Shown here in pieces: positions 8,470 to 18,307 of a stretch of 64,000 nt of DNA. The notes below the pieces were generated by a model. That model saw nothing but the letters and a program-made list of their open reading frames with translations, did not search any database and was not told the origin of the DNA. This stretch comes from Chthoniobacterales bacterium (lineage in GTDB: Bacteria; Verrucomicrobiota; Verrucomicrobiia; Chthoniobacterales; Chthoniobacteraceae). How positions within the stretch are numbered: position 1 is the stretch's first letter; every line of letters begins with the position of its first letter. The stretch is from assembly GCA_038207335.1 (NCBI GenBank), contig JBBQZX010000020.1, forward strand, positions 1-64,000, written 5' to 3'. The translations under genes were made by a program, and so were the position numbers.

Positions 8470-10992
8470 ATGTGGGATTACGATCGACCTCGCAAACCAT
8501 TTTATCGCCGGACCTGGTTCCTGGTGCCGCTCTGCACGATCGTCGTGCTGGGATTTTGCGGGCTGATTTTCGGGCTGGTGCAAAAGTCGATGTGGGAGGC
8601 GAGGGCGCGCAAGGAATTCGACTACACAAAGATGGCTGAGATGGAGTCGGCGAGCGTGATTTTCGACCGCGCAGGGAACGTCTTCGGGCGCATCTTCACG
8701 CAGAATCGCGATCAGGTGCCGCTTGGCGATCTTTCTCCCGCGCTGCTCACTGCCGTCGTCGCCGCGGAGGACGCGCGATTTTACCAGCATCACGGTGTGG
8801 ATTATCCCGGGATCGCGCGTGCAGTGGTGCGAAATTTCCAACGCAAACGCGCGGCGCAAGGCGCGAGCACAATCACGCAGCAACTCGCGCGGAACACCTT
8901 CCCCGAGCAGCTCCCGGCGAATGACAAGACGTCCAAACGCAAGCTGCTCGAGATGGCCGTGGCGTTGGAAATTGAGAAGCGTTACGACAAGCGAACGATC
9001 CTCGAGCTTTACCTGAACCGCGTCTTTTTCGGTTCGGGATTTTATGGCGCGGAGGCGGCGGCGCGTGGGTATTTCGGGAAGAGCGCGCGTGATTTGAATC
9101 TGTCGGAAGCGGCGACGCTCGCGGGTCTTTTGAAGAGTCCGACCCATCTCTCCCCGTGGCGCAATCGGCAGGCGTGCATCGAGCAGCGGAATTACGTGCT
9201 GCAACGCGCGCTCGAGCTGAACCTCATCGAGCAGGCGGAGTATGACAAAACGATCAAGGCCGACCTGATCGTCAAAAATCGCAAGCCGACCCATCAGGAT
9301 TCGTACGCCGCCGACCTCATCGCGCAGCAGGTGGAAAAGCTCGTGGGCCATGACAGCGCGGTCTCCGATGGGTATCGCATCTACACCACGATCGACTCCA
9401 CGCTTCAGCAAAGAGCCGAGCAATCGCTGCAAGCCGAACTCACGCGAGTCGAGCGGCACGAGGGTTACGAGCACCAGACGTACGCGCAGTACGATGCGAT
9501 TTTCAAAGCCCACGCGAAGGCCCCGCCCGGACCCGATGGCGAGCCAACGCCGATCGCGCCGCCGGACTACTTGCAGGGCGCGGTCGTGGCGCTGGACAAC
9601 ACGACCGGCGGAATACTCGTGCTCGTGGGCGGGCGAGATTTTAACCACAGCGAATATCACCGGACGATCTCCGCGCATGTCCCCGCGGGCACGGCGTTCC
9701 TGCCGCTCGTCTATGCGGCGGCATTTGAAAATGGGCTTTTCCCCGGCACAATGGTGCAGGACGCGGTGATCGATAACCGCCAGGTGATGATCGGCGGCAC
9801 GACCGGCATCCTCGGCGAATGGGGCCCGGAGCGCGTGGATAACCGCTACGAAGGCTCGATCTCGGCGCGTGAGGCGCTCGTGAAATCGAAGAACGCCGCG
9901 AGCGTGCGGCTGGGAAACATGGCGAAGCTCGACAACGTGATTGCGCTCGCAAAAACCGCCGGCATCGACAGCCCGATGCGCCCTTTTCCCGCGACATTTC
10001 TCGGCAGCAGCGAGGTCACGCTCATGGAAATGACGCTCGCAAATACGATCTTTCCGAATGGCGGATGGCGGGCCGAGAAGCCGTTTATCATCGACCGGAT
10101 CGAGGAGAAAAACGGGCATGTGCTTTTCCAGATGAAGACGCAGACCAAGCGCGTGATCAAGCCCACCACAGCGTTTGAAGTCCACTCGTGCCTTGCCGAC
10201 GTGCTCGAGCGCGGCACTGCGGACAAGACCTTCACGGACCTCGGCGTGAAGAAATTCGCGCTCGGGGGGAAGACCGGCACGGCTTACAATTTCACGGATG
10301 TGTCGTTCCTCGGATACAGCAGCGCGGTGACGTGCGGCGTGTGGGCGGGCTTCGACAAGCCGCGCACGACGATCTATCGCGGCGCTTTCGGGAGCGACAT
10401 CGCGCTGCCGGTGTGGGCGGATGTGATGAAGGCGACTTTCAGCACGTATCGACCGCAGGAAATCGTGCAGCCAAAGGGGCTCATCAGGTGCGAAATCTGC
10501 GAGGACTCGGGGCAACTCGCGACCGACAAATGCTTTGAGATCGTGGAGAACAAAGAGACAGGCGAGAAGGTGCAGCGGCGCACCACGTTTTTTGAAATCG
10601 CGACCGACCAGCAGGCGCCGAAAGATGCGTGCAGTATTCACGGTGGCGGGCCACGGAGTTATGTGAAAGTGATCCCCGGCGAGCAATGGCCGCGCGCCGC
10701 GGCGGCAGTCGATGTGAGCGCGCGAAAACCGGTGGCGATGAAAGCACCGACGGTGATCGGCGAAGCAGACCCGTATAATTCCGTGCAGGCGGTGAACAAC
10801 GTCATCAACGCCGGAAAACTCGCCGGCCAAGTCGCCCCGATGGGCAGCTCCGCCACCATCGCCGCGCCCGACCCCAACGCCCCCGCCGAAGTTGAAGTCC
10901 GCCGCGCCCTCCCCGTCCGCTCCAGCGACCAAATGAGCGCCGAGGAGCCCACCGCCATCAAGCTCGACCCGCCGGAGATGATCCAGTTCTGA
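8470..10992 (+). CDS. Class A penicillin-binding protein (PBP1A-like transglycosylase/transpeptidase) with degenerate SxxK motif
   Basis: N-terminal TM anchor; GT51 motifs EDARFYQHHGVD, GASTITQQLARN, RKLLE, ILELYLN; TP-domain SKN and KTGT present; SxxK position reads GTAFLP. Confidence 0.92.
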   Translation: MWDYDRPRKPFYRRTWFLVPLCTIVVLGFCGLIFGLVQKSMWEARARKEFDYTKMAEMESASVIFDRAGNVFGRIFTQNRDQVPLGDLSPALLTAVVAAEDARFYQHHGVDYPGIARAVVRNFQRKRAAQGASTITQQLARNTFPEQLPANDKTSKRKLLEMAVALEIEKRYDKRTILELYLNRVFFGSGFYGAEAAARGYFGKSARDLNLSEAATLAGLLKSPTHLSPWRNRQACIEQRNYVLQRALELNLIEQAEYDKTIKADLIVKNRKPTHQDSYAADLIAQQVEKLVGHDSAVSDGYRIYTTIDSTLQQRAEQSLQAELTRVERHEGYEHQTYAQYDAIFKAHAKAPPGPDGEPTPIAPPDYLQGAVVALDNTTGGILVLVGGRDFNHSEYHRTISAHVPAGTAFLPLVYAAAFENGLFPGTMVQDAVIDNRQVMIGGTTGILGEWGPERVDNRYEGSISAREALVKSKNAASVRLGNMAKLDNVIALAKTAGIDSPMRPFPATFLGSSEVTLMEMTLANTIFPNGGWRAEKPFIIDRIEEKNGHVLFQMKTQTKRVIKPTTAFEVHSCLADVLERGTADKTFTDLGVKKFALGGKTGTAYNFTDVSFLGYSSAVTCGVWAGFDKPRTTIYRGAFGSDIALPVWADVMKATFSTYRPQEIVQPKGLIRCEICEDSGQLATDKCFEIVENKETGEKVQRRTTFFEIATDQQAPKDACSIHGGGPRSYVKVIPGEQWPRAAAAVDVSARKPVAMKAPTVIGEADPYNSVQAVNNVINAGKLAGQVAPMGSSATIAAPDPNAPAEVEVRRALPVRSSDQMSAEEPTAIKLDPPEMIQF

Positions 10993-11122
10993 AGACGCGG
11001 TGGATTGAAGCAGGAAGCAGGAGATGAGCGGTGCTACAAGATGCCGTCGTATTTGCGATTTTCCTGCTCGAAAGGAAACGCGCCCTTGAACTGACCGGCG
11101 CGACCTCGCACATTTCACACCC

Positions 11123-11647
11123 ATGCCAGCCACAGAGCCCGTCGCTTACGACTCGAAGATCGAGGGAAACGTCATCATTACGAGGCTCGACGCCTCCATC
11201 AATTGGATGCGCAAAAACTCCCTCTGGCCGATGCCGATGGGGCTCGCATGCTGCGCCATCGAACTCATGGCGAGCGGCGCTTCCCGCTTCGACATCGCGC
11301 GCTTCGGCTCGGAGGTCATGCGCTTTTCACCCCGCCAGAGCGATGTGATGATCGTCGCCGGCACTGTCACTTATAAAATGGCGCTCGCCGTGCGCCGCAT
11401 CTGGGACCAGATGCCCGAGCCAAAGTGGTGCATCGCAATGGGCGCGTGCGCATCGAGCGGCGGCATGTATCGCAGCTATGCGGTGCTCCAGGGGATCGAC
11501 CAGCTCATCCCGGTGGATGTCTATATCAGCGGCTGCCCGCCACGGCCGGAGGCGCTCATCGAGGGGCTCATGCGGCTCCAGCGCAAGATTTCCGGTGAGG
11601 AGTCGTTCGTCGCGCAGAAGAAAGAATTCCTCTCCACTTTCGCCTAG
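11123..11647 (+). CDS. nuoB: NADH-quinone oxidoreductase subunit B
   Basis: [47 protein letters not shown]. Confidence 0.97.
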   Translation: MPATEPVAYDSKIEGNVIITRLDASINWMRKNSLWPMPMGLACCAIELMASGASRFDIARFGSEVMRFSPRQSDVMIVAGTVTYKMALAVRRIWDQMPEPKWCIAMGACASSGGMYRSYAVLQGIDQLIPVDVYISGCPPRPEALIEGLMRLQRKISGEESFVAQKKEFLSTFA

Positions 11648-11653
11648 CCCGCC

Positions 11654-12229
11654 ATGTCCGCTGCATCGCTCAACACCGCCGTCGCCGCAATCGAGGCGAA
11701 ATTCAAAGTCACCCGACTGCCCGAGTTTCGTGGTGAAACCACGCTGCTCATCGATGCCGCCAACATCGTGGAAATCGCGCGTCTTTGCAAAGAAGAACTG
11801 GGATTTACCTACCTGCTCGACATCTCCAGCGTCGATAATTTCGGCAGCGAGCCGCGTTTCGAGATGGTCTATGAACTCTACCGCTTCGAGGGTGGCGAGC
11901 ATCTGCGGCTGAAGTTTTCTGTCTCGGAGGATGCGCTCGAAGTGCCCACCGTTTCCGGCATCTGGCGCACCGCCGACTGGCACGAGCGCGAGATTTTCGA
12001 CATGATGGGCATCCGCTTCGCTGGTCATCCCGACCTCCGCCGCATCCTCATGTGGGACGGCTACCCGTTCTTCCCTTTGCGCAAAGACTTCCCGCTCGCC
12101 GGTCGCCCCAGCGACATGCCCGACGTGGCTTTCACGAAGCGCGCGCCGCTGGCTGGCGGACCTTTCGTCACTGTCCCCTCGACTGCGACGACAAAGGACC
12201 GCGAGCCCCGCTCCCGCGCGTTGGAGTAA
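11654..12229 (+). CDS. nuoC: NADH-quinone oxidoreductase subunit C
   Basis: ADWHEREIFDMMGIRFAGHPDLRRILMWDGYPFFPLRKDFPL; immediately follows nuoB. Confidence 0.95.
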   Translation: MSAASLNTAVAAIEAKFKVTRLPEFRGETTLLIDAANIVEIARLCKEELGFTYLLDISSVDNFGSEPRFEMVYELYRFEGGEHLRLKFSVSEDALEVPTVSGIWRTADWHEREIFDMMGIRFAGHPDLRRILMWDGYPFFPLRKDFPLAGRPSDMPDVAFTKRAPLAGGPFVTVPSTATTKDREPRSRALE

Positions 12230-12441
12230 AGGCTTTCGGGGCTTTTGAATACGCAAGCACCGGGACGTGCCGGACTTGGATAAGCGGTGCATTTGCCTGC
12301 CACAATCCACGGCAACTCTCACCGTTCGCGCTGTGTGCTCAGCACCGGGATCGGTGAGGCCGTCTGCGACCGCTTTCGCTCGCCCCCACCGTCCATTCCG
12401 CATACCAACTCCCCGCCGGAACGACGGCTCCGCTTTTACGC

Positions 12442-13686
12442 ATGAAAACCCTTTTCTCCCAACGCCACGGCGCAATGCTCGCGCTGCTTGCGGGCTTTCT
12501 CGGCTGGCTTTTCGATGGGTTTGAGATCGGCCTTTTCCCGGTCGTGGCGAGGCCCGCGCTGCTGGATATGCTCGGGCCGGGCGGCGAAGGAGCGGTGGGG
12601 ATGTGGATGGGACGGATCACGGCGGCGTTTTTGATCGGGGCTGCTGTCGGCGGGGCGCTGTTTGGCTGGCTGGGGGATCGCATCGGGCGGGTGCGGGCAA
12701 TGTCGCTGTCGATCTTGTGTTACTCGGTTTTTTCAGGTGCGGGATTCCTGGCTGTGGCGCCATGGCATCTGGCGGGTTTTCGCTTTCTGGCGGCGCTGGG
12801 GATGGGGGGTGAGTGGGCGCTGGGGGTGGCGCTCGTGATGGAGGTGTGGCCCGAGCGGCATCGCCCGTGGCTGGCGGGGGCGATCGGTGCGGCATCGAAT
12901 CTCGGGATGGCGCTGGTGGGGGCGGTGGCGTCGCTGGCGCCAGTCACACAGCAGTCGTGGCGATGGATGTTTTTGGTGGGAGCGGCGCCGGCACTCCTGA
13001 CGTTTCTGATCCGCCTTTTCGTGCCGGAGTCGGAGAAGTGGGAACATGCGCGCGCGGCGGCGCTGGGGGAGAAATTTTCGCCGCTGCGGGAAGTCTTCGG
13101 CGCGTCACTGCGAGGACGGGTGGGGATCGGGATCGTGCTGACCTCAGTGGCGCTGGTGGGAACGTGGGGCTCGGTGCAGTGGATCCCGCTGTGGGCGGAT
13201 CAACTCACAGGTGGACTGGTGGCGGGGGCGAAAGCGAACGCGCAGATGATGTCGTCGATCGGCGCCGTGCTGGGCAGCCTGCTCGCGCCAATGCTGCTGG
13301 CGCGGGTGTCGCGGCGCACGGGGTATTGCGGGCTGTGCGCGGTGTCGCTGGCGGTGTGCGCATTTCTCTTCCGGACGCAATCGGAGTATGGGGGAATGTT
13401 CCTCGGGACGGTCTTCATGGTGGGGATGGCGACGGCGGCTTTCTACGGGTTTTTCCCGCTCTACCTGCCGGAGTTTTTTCCGACACGGGTGCGGGCGACC
13501 GGCCAGGGGATTTGCTACAATTTCGGACGAATCATCGCCGCAGCGGGCGCGCTCGGCAGCGGGGCTCTGGTGCAGCACTACGGCGGTTACGCGCGGATGG
13601 GGGCGATGGTGACGCTGGTGTATCTCGTAGGGATGGGCGCGGTGTGGCTCGCGCCGGAGACGCGGGGACAGCCGCTGCCGGAGTGA
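12442..13686 (+). CDS. MFS transporter
   Basis: About 12 hydrophobic segments; motif A GWLGDRIGR; GMGGEW; EFFPTRVRATGQG. Confidence 0.92.
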   Translation: MKTLFSQRHGAMLALLAGFLGWLFDGFEIGLFPVVARPALLDMLGPGGEGAVGMWMGRITAAFLIGAAVGGALFGWLGDRIGRVRAMSLSILCYSVFSGAGFLAVAPWHLAGFRFLAALGMGGEWALGVALVMEVWPERHRPWLAGAIGAASNLGMALVGAVASLAPVTQQSWRWMFLVGAAPALLTFLIRLFVPESEKWEHARAAALGEKFSPLREVFGASLRGRVGIGIVLTSVALVGTWGSVQWIPLWADQLTGGLVAGAKANAQMMSSIGAVLGSLLAPMLLARVSRRTGYCGLCAVSLAVCAFLFRTQSEYGGMFLGTVFMVGMATAAFYGFFPLYLPEFFPTRVRATGQGICYNFGRIIAAAGALGSGALVQHYGGYARMGAMVTLVYLVGMGAVWLAPETRGQPLPE

Positions 13687-13734
13687 CGGCGCGCGCGGGC
13701 AGTTGGAAGTGGAAAACTCCGGCGCCTCCGCTCC

Positions 13735-14670
13735 ATGATGCACTCCATGAATATGCTCCCCAGCTACTCGCGACGCGATTTTTTCCAGACCGGCGCGCTC
13801 GCTGTCGCAGCGCTCGGCATAAGCGCGCAGGCCGCACGGACGCAGGATTCGCAGCGGTTTAAGATCATCGCATTCAGCAAGCCGTTCGCGAATTTGCCGC
13901 CGAATGAGACGGCGGATTTGGTGGCAGAAGTGGGTTGGGATGGGATCGAATGCCCGGTGCGAAAGAAGGCCGGTCAGGTGGCACCGGAGCGGGTGGAGGA
14001 GGAATTGCCAAAGCTGGTGGAGGCCATGAAGAAACGAGGGAAGGAGATCGCGATGATCACCACGGATATCGTGCGACTCGACCCTGCCACCGAGAAGGTG
14101 CTGCGAACCGCAGCCCGGCTCGGGATCAAAAAATACCGCTTCGGATTTGCCCACTACGCGAAGGACAAACCGATCCCGGACACGCTTCGGGAGCAGGGTG
14201 CGGCGCTGAAAGACCTCGCCGCTTTCAACGCAGAAATCGGGATGCAAGGCGGCTGGCAGAATCACTCCGGAAGCGATTACGTCGGCGCGCCGGTGTGGGA
14301 CATTTGGACGATGATCCACGATCTGCCGCCGGAGCAGGTCGGTATCTGTTTCGACATCGGGCACGCGACTTTGGAGGGCGGGCTTTCGTGGCCGATCCAG
14401 GCGCGACTCATGCAGCCGCATTTCGTCGCGGTGTATTTGAAAGACTTCCGCTGGACGAAAACCGACGCGGGCTGGACGCCGCAGTGGTGCCTGCTCGGCG
14501 AAGGGGCTGTGCATCGTAGCTTTCTGGCCGATTTGCAGAAGTCGTCCTACACCGGTCCCCTTTGCCAGCATCACGAATACGAAACCCTCGGCACCGGCGC
14601 GGAGATGATCGCGAATTTCAAACGCGACCTCGCAACGCTCCGAGAATGGCTGCGAGAAACGGCCGCGTAA
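13735..14670 (+). CDS. Sugar phosphate isomerase/epimerase (xylose-isomerase-like TIM barrel) with Tat signal
   Basis: SRRDFFQ twin-arginine signal; GWDGIE, QNHSG, CFDIGHA, YLKDF, HHEY motifs; start may be a downstream Met. Confidence 0.8.
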   Translation: MMHSMNMLPSYSRRDFFQTGALAVAALGISAQAARTQDSQRFKIIAFSKPFANLPPNETADLVAEVGWDGIECPVRKKAGQVAPERVEEELPKLVEAMKKRGKEIAMITTDIVRLDPATEKVLRTAARLGIKKYRFGFAHYAKDKPIPDTLREQGAALKDLAAFNAEIGMQGGWQNHSGSDYVGAPVWDIWTMIHDLPPEQVGICFDIGHATLEGGLSWPIQARLMQPHFVAVYLKDFRWTKTDAGWTPQWCLLGEGAVHRSFLADLQKSSYTGPLCQHHEYETLGTGAEMIANFKRDLATLREWLRETAA

Positions 14671-14738
14671 CGCTGGGGGTCTTCGCGAGGACAAATTCAG
14701 CGCTTTCACGGACAGGGGCGCGGAGGCAGGCTTCGCAG

Positions 14739-15227
14739 ATGGACTGGTCCACCTGGACGCCGCGCGAGCGGGCGAACCTCTGCTTCATTCTCAAAGATCA
14801 ACGCTTGCTGCTGATTCGCAAAAAGCGGGGGATCGGCGCAGGAAAAGTGAACGCGCCCGGAGGAAAGATCGAGCCGGGTGAGACAGCGATGGATTCGGCG
14901 GTTCGAGAGACGCAGGAGGAAATCGGGGTGACACCCCTCGGAGTGACGGAGCGGGGCGAATTGTCTTTCGATTTCGCGGATGGCTACAGCCTGCATTGCG
15001 TCGTGTTCATGGCGGAGGATTTCGTCGGTGAGCCGGTGGAGACGGAGGAGGCTGCGCCGTTTTGGGTTTCTGTGGATGCGGTGCCTTACGCGGAGATGTG
15101 GGAGGACGACCGGCACTGGCTTCCTCTCATGCTCAAGGGAAAGCGATTCGACGGTTTCTTCGAGTTCGACGGCGACAAAATGACGAGCAATGAGCTGACG
15201 ATTCGCACCGAATACGTGGGGACGTGA
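14739..15227 (+). CDS. NUDIX hydrolase, 8-oxo-dGTP diphosphatase (MTH1/MutT-like)
   Basis: Nudix box GGKIEPGETAMDSAVRETQEEIG; KKRGIGAGK and MWEDDRHWLP; ATG at 14739. Confidence 0.88.
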   Translation: MDWSTWTPRERANLCFILKDQRLLLIRKKRGIGAGKVNAPGGKIEPGETAMDSAVRETQEEIGVTPLGVTERGELSFDFADGYSLHCVVFMAEDFVGEPVETEEAAPFWVSVDAVPYAEMWEDDRHWLPLMLKGKRFDGFFEFDGDKMTSNELTIRTEYVGT

Positions 15228-15241
15228 GTGCGCCAGCGTGC

Positions 15242-15269
15242 TTGACTCGCCGGGCTCCGCCTCTAGTTT
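15242..15269 (+). promoter_or_regulatory. Possible sigma-70 promoter of the surA-pdxA cluster
   Basis: TTGACT-N16-TAGTTT upstream of ATG 15293/15305. Confidence 0.4.
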
Positions 15270-15292
15270 TCCGGCCCTGCATTCCGCAGCTC

Positions 15293-16279
15293 ATGGTTCA
15301 GCAAATGCGCCGATTTTTCTCCACCCTCACACTTTTCATATTCGCCGTCGTTTCATTTGCCGGCCTGCATCCGCGGCCAGCGGCAGCGCAGGATGTGCTC
15401 GATGGAATCGCAGCGGTCGTGAATCAGGATGTGATTACCTTCTCGCAGGTCCGCGAGCTGGTGGGAGCTCAGGAAAAGAGCGCGAGAGAGACGCTGAAGG
15501 GGAATGAGCTGGTGGAGAAAATCAAGGAAATCCGGCTGAAGGCGATCAACGACCTGATCGACCGGCAGTTGATTTTGCAGGAGTTCAAAGGCAAAAAGTT
15601 TTCGATCCCGGAGCACTTCATCGAGGATCGGATTCAGACGATCACGCGGGAGGAGTTCGGCGGCGATCGCGGAGCGTTCACGCGGACGCTGGCGGCGCAG
15701 GGTTACACGCTGGATCGCTTCAAACAACTCGAGACGGACAAGATGATCGTGCAGGCAATGCGGACGCAAAATGTGAAGTCCGATGTGAGCATCCCGGAGA
15801 GCAAGATTTTAGAATACTACCGGCAGCATCAGGAGGAATACACGAGCGAGGAGCAGATCAAGCTGCGGATGATTTCGATCCGGAAGCGGGACGGGGAGAA
15901 GGATGCGGGGCGGAAGATGATCGATGAAATTCGGGAGAAAATCGTGGGCGGTGCGGAGTTTGGGTCGCTGGCAAAAATGTATTCGGAGGACAGTACTCAA
16001 GACGCGAGCGGAGACTGGGGATGGATCAATAAACGGACGCTGAACGAGAGCCTGACGAAGATCGCATTTGCGATGAAGGCCGGGCAGGTGAGCAATGCGA
16101 TCGAGCTCGGTAACAGCTATTATCTCCTCTACGTGGAGGCGAAAAAGAACGCGTTAACGAAGCCGCTGTCCGAGGTGCGCGACGAGATCGACAAGCGCCT
16201 CATCCAGGAGGAGCGCCAGCGCAGACAGCAGGAGTGGATCGCAAAGTTGCGGAAGAAGGCCTACATTAAATTCTTTTGA
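15293..16279 (+). CDS. surA: SurA-like periplasmic chaperone / parvulin peptidyl-prolyl isomerase
   Basis: Signal peptide; LDGIAAVVNQDVIT; parvulin-type FGSLAKMYSED...GDWGWI; upstream of pdxA as in the classical surA-pdxA order; start 15293 or 15305. Confidence 0.8.
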   Translation: MVQQMRRFFSTLTLFIFAVVSFAGLHPRPAAAQDVLDGIAAVVNQDVITFSQVRELVGAQEKSARETLKGNELVEKIKEIRLKAINDLIDRQLILQEFKGKKFSIPEHFIEDRIQTITREEFGGDRGAFTRTLAAQGYTLDRFKQLETDKMIVQAMRTQNVKSDVSIPESKILEYYRQHQEEYTSEEQIKLRMISIRKRDGEKDAGRKMIDEIREKIVGGAEFGSLAKMYSEDSTQDASGDWGWINKRTLNESLTKIAFAMKAGQVSNAIELGNSYYLLYVEAKKNALTKPLSEVRDEIDKRLIQEERQRRQQEWIAKLRKKAYIKFF

Positions 16280-16319
16280 ACCGCTCGAACCGCCAGCGGC
16301 GAGAACCTCCCGCAAGCAG

Positions 16320-17231
16320 TTGATGCCCGCAAATTCTGAACGCCAGCGATCCGCGAAAAATGTGATCGGGATCACGCTCGGTGACCCCGCGGGCATCGGC
16401 CCGGAGATCGCCGATGCGGCGCTCGCCTCGGGGAAACTCGACAGCGCGTTTGATTACCGCGTGATCGGCGCGGTCGGAAAAGCGAAGCCGGGCGCACCGA
16501 ACGCGCGAAGCTCCGTCGCAGCGCGCGATGCGCTGGAAGAGGCGGCGAAGCTCGCGATCTCCGGAGAGATTGCAGGCGTGGTCACCGGCCCGGTCAGCAA
16601 GGCGCGGATGCACGAGGTAGGCTTCAACTTTCCGGGACAAACGGAGTTTTTCGCGGCGCGGTGCCGCGCTGTGGATTACGCGATGTTGCTCACGGGCGGC
16701 TCGCTGACGGTCGCGCTTGTCACGGCCCACATCCCACTGCGCGACGTGGCCGCGGCGCTGCGTCCGAGCGAAATCATGCGCGTGGGCAATCTGCTCGCCG
16801 CTTTTCTCGTGCTGCGAAACGGCGGCACGCCACGGATCGCAGTCGCCGGATTAAACCCGCACGCGGGTGAATCCGGCGCGCTCGGGAGCGAGGAAATCGA
16901 CGTGATTTCGCCGGCGGTCGGCGCGTTGCGAAGCGCGTGGCGCGGGCGCGCGGAATTCGACGGCCCATTGTCGCCGGACACGGTTTTCCATCGCGCGGTC
17001 GGCGGGGCATTCGACGGAGTGCTGTGCATGTATCACGACCAGGGATTGATTCCGCTGAAGCTCCACGCATTCGATCAGGGTGTGAACGTCACGCTCGGGC
17101 TGCCTTTTCCCCGCACGAGCCCCGATCACGGCACCGCCTACGGCATCGCCGGCAAAGGAATAGCGCGGCCCGACAGCATGATCGCCGCGATCCAACTCGC
17201 GTGTGAACTCGCGATCAAACGCTCCCGATGA
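16320..17231 (+). CDS. pdxA: 4-hydroxythreonine-4-phosphate dehydrogenase
   Basis: ITLGDPAGIGPE, FPGQTE, GLNPHAGE, MYHDQGLIPLK, RTSPDHGTA. Confidence 0.95.
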   Translation: MMPANSERQRSAKNVIGITLGDPAGIGPEIADAALASGKLDSAFDYRVIGAVGKAKPGAPNARSSVAARDALEEAAKLAISGEIAGVVTGPVSKARMHEVGFNFPGQTEFFAARCRAVDYAMLLTGGSLTVALVTAHIPLRDVAAALRPSEIMRVGNLLAAFLVLRNGGTPRIAVAGLNPHAGESGALGSEEIDVISPAVGALRSAWRGRAEFDGPLSPDTVFHRAVGGAFDGVLCMYHDQGLIPLKLHAFDQGVNVTLGLPFPRTSPDHGTAYGIAGKGIARPDSMIAAIQLACELAIKRSR

Positions 17232-17749
17232 TGCGCTACATTCTCGCGGCTGTTTTCATTGCGTTCGCCACACTCGCCGGCGCGCGAGCTGGCGAGATCG
17301 AGCCGCCTTTCAAACTCGCATGGGGTGAGCCGGAATTGCGGCTGGAACGGCTGCTCACGGGCGCGGGAGCGAAGGTCGTGGATCGGCACGCCGTGAGCGA
17401 CGGGACGAAGGCATGGGAGGTCGAGGGGATCGTGCAGGAAGGGCTGAAGCGCACGGTTTTTTACTTCCGCGACTCGATGCTCGTCGGCGTCGAACTGCAA
17501 TATCGCAACGACGCGTGGAGCCAGGAAAAGTATGACGAATTCATGGGACGCTGGCGGCGCACGCTCGAGCAGCGCTACGGGCAGGGGCAGCTCATCGCGC
17601 GGAAAACCGAGCCGCTGAACGACGTGATGCAGACGGTCGTCGGCTACAAATGGAATCAGAATAACACGTCGCTCGAACTCGTGTTCTACTCCGCCAGCGC
17701 CGACGCGCAGATTTTCCGCACGCTCAGCGTCCATTACAAAGCGAACTGA
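17228..17749 (+). CDS. Secreted hypothetical protein
   Basis: Signal peptide; 4-bp overlap with the pdxA stop; protein-like composition. Confidence 0.75.
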   Translation: MMRYILAAVFIAFATLAGARAGEIEPPFKLAWGEPELRLERLLTGAGAKVVDRHAVSDGTKAWEVEGIVQEGLKRTVFYFRDSMLVGVELQYRNDAWSQEKYDEFMGRWRRTLEQRYGQGQLIARKTEPLNDVMQTVVGYKWNQNNTSLELVFYSASADAQIFRTLSVHYKAN

Positions 17750-17758
17750 TTTCGCGAC

Positions 17759-18307
17759 GTGGAAATGCCAGTCACTTCGGCGCGCGCCGTGTTTCTCGAC
17801 CGCGATGGGACGCTCATGGAGGAGGTGGATTACTGCCGCGAACCGGCGAAAGTGCGGCTCCTACCCGGAGTCGTCGATGGTCTGCAAAGGCTGATGGATG
17901 CAGGCTTTGCGAACATCATTGTGACGAACCAGAGCGGCATCGGGCGCGGGCGCATCACGCTCGGGGAATACGAGGCGGTGCAGGCGCGGCTACTCGAATT
18001 GATCGGCCCGGGACTCATCGCGGCGACGTTTTTTTGCCCCGATGCGCCGGGCGGCGAATCGACGCATCGCAAGCCCGCGCCCGGCATGTTGCTCGATGCC
18101 GCGCGCGATCATGCGCTCGATCTTTCGCATTCGTGGCTCGTAGGCGACAAAGCCAGCGACATCGCGTGCGGCCGAGCCGCCGGTGTGCGCGCGATCCTCG
18201 TCGAGACGGGTTACGGGCGCGCGGAGAAATCGAACGGAGCCGAGTACGTGGCAAAAGATTTTGCCAGCGTGGTGGAGTTCATCCTAAAGACTTCGGATGC
18301 CAGCTAG
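17759..18307 (+). CDS. gmhB: D-glycero-D-manno-heptose 1,7-bisphosphate phosphatase (HAD IIIA)
   Basis: FLDRDGT, VTNQSGIGRG, RKPAPGM, VGDKASD; next to kdsB. Confidence 0.85.
   Translation: MEMPVTSARAVFLDRDGTLMEEVDYCREPAKVRLLPGVVDGLQRLMDAGFANIIVTNQSGIGRGRITLGEYEAVQARLLELIGPGLIAATFFCPDAPGGESTHRKPAPGMLLDAARDHALDLSHSWLVGDKASDIACGRAAGVRAILVETGYGRAEKSNGAEYVAKDFASVVEFILKTSDAS

Noticed and set aside
8413..11133. 906-aa minus-strand ORF
   Set aside because: Antisense shadow of the PBP gene
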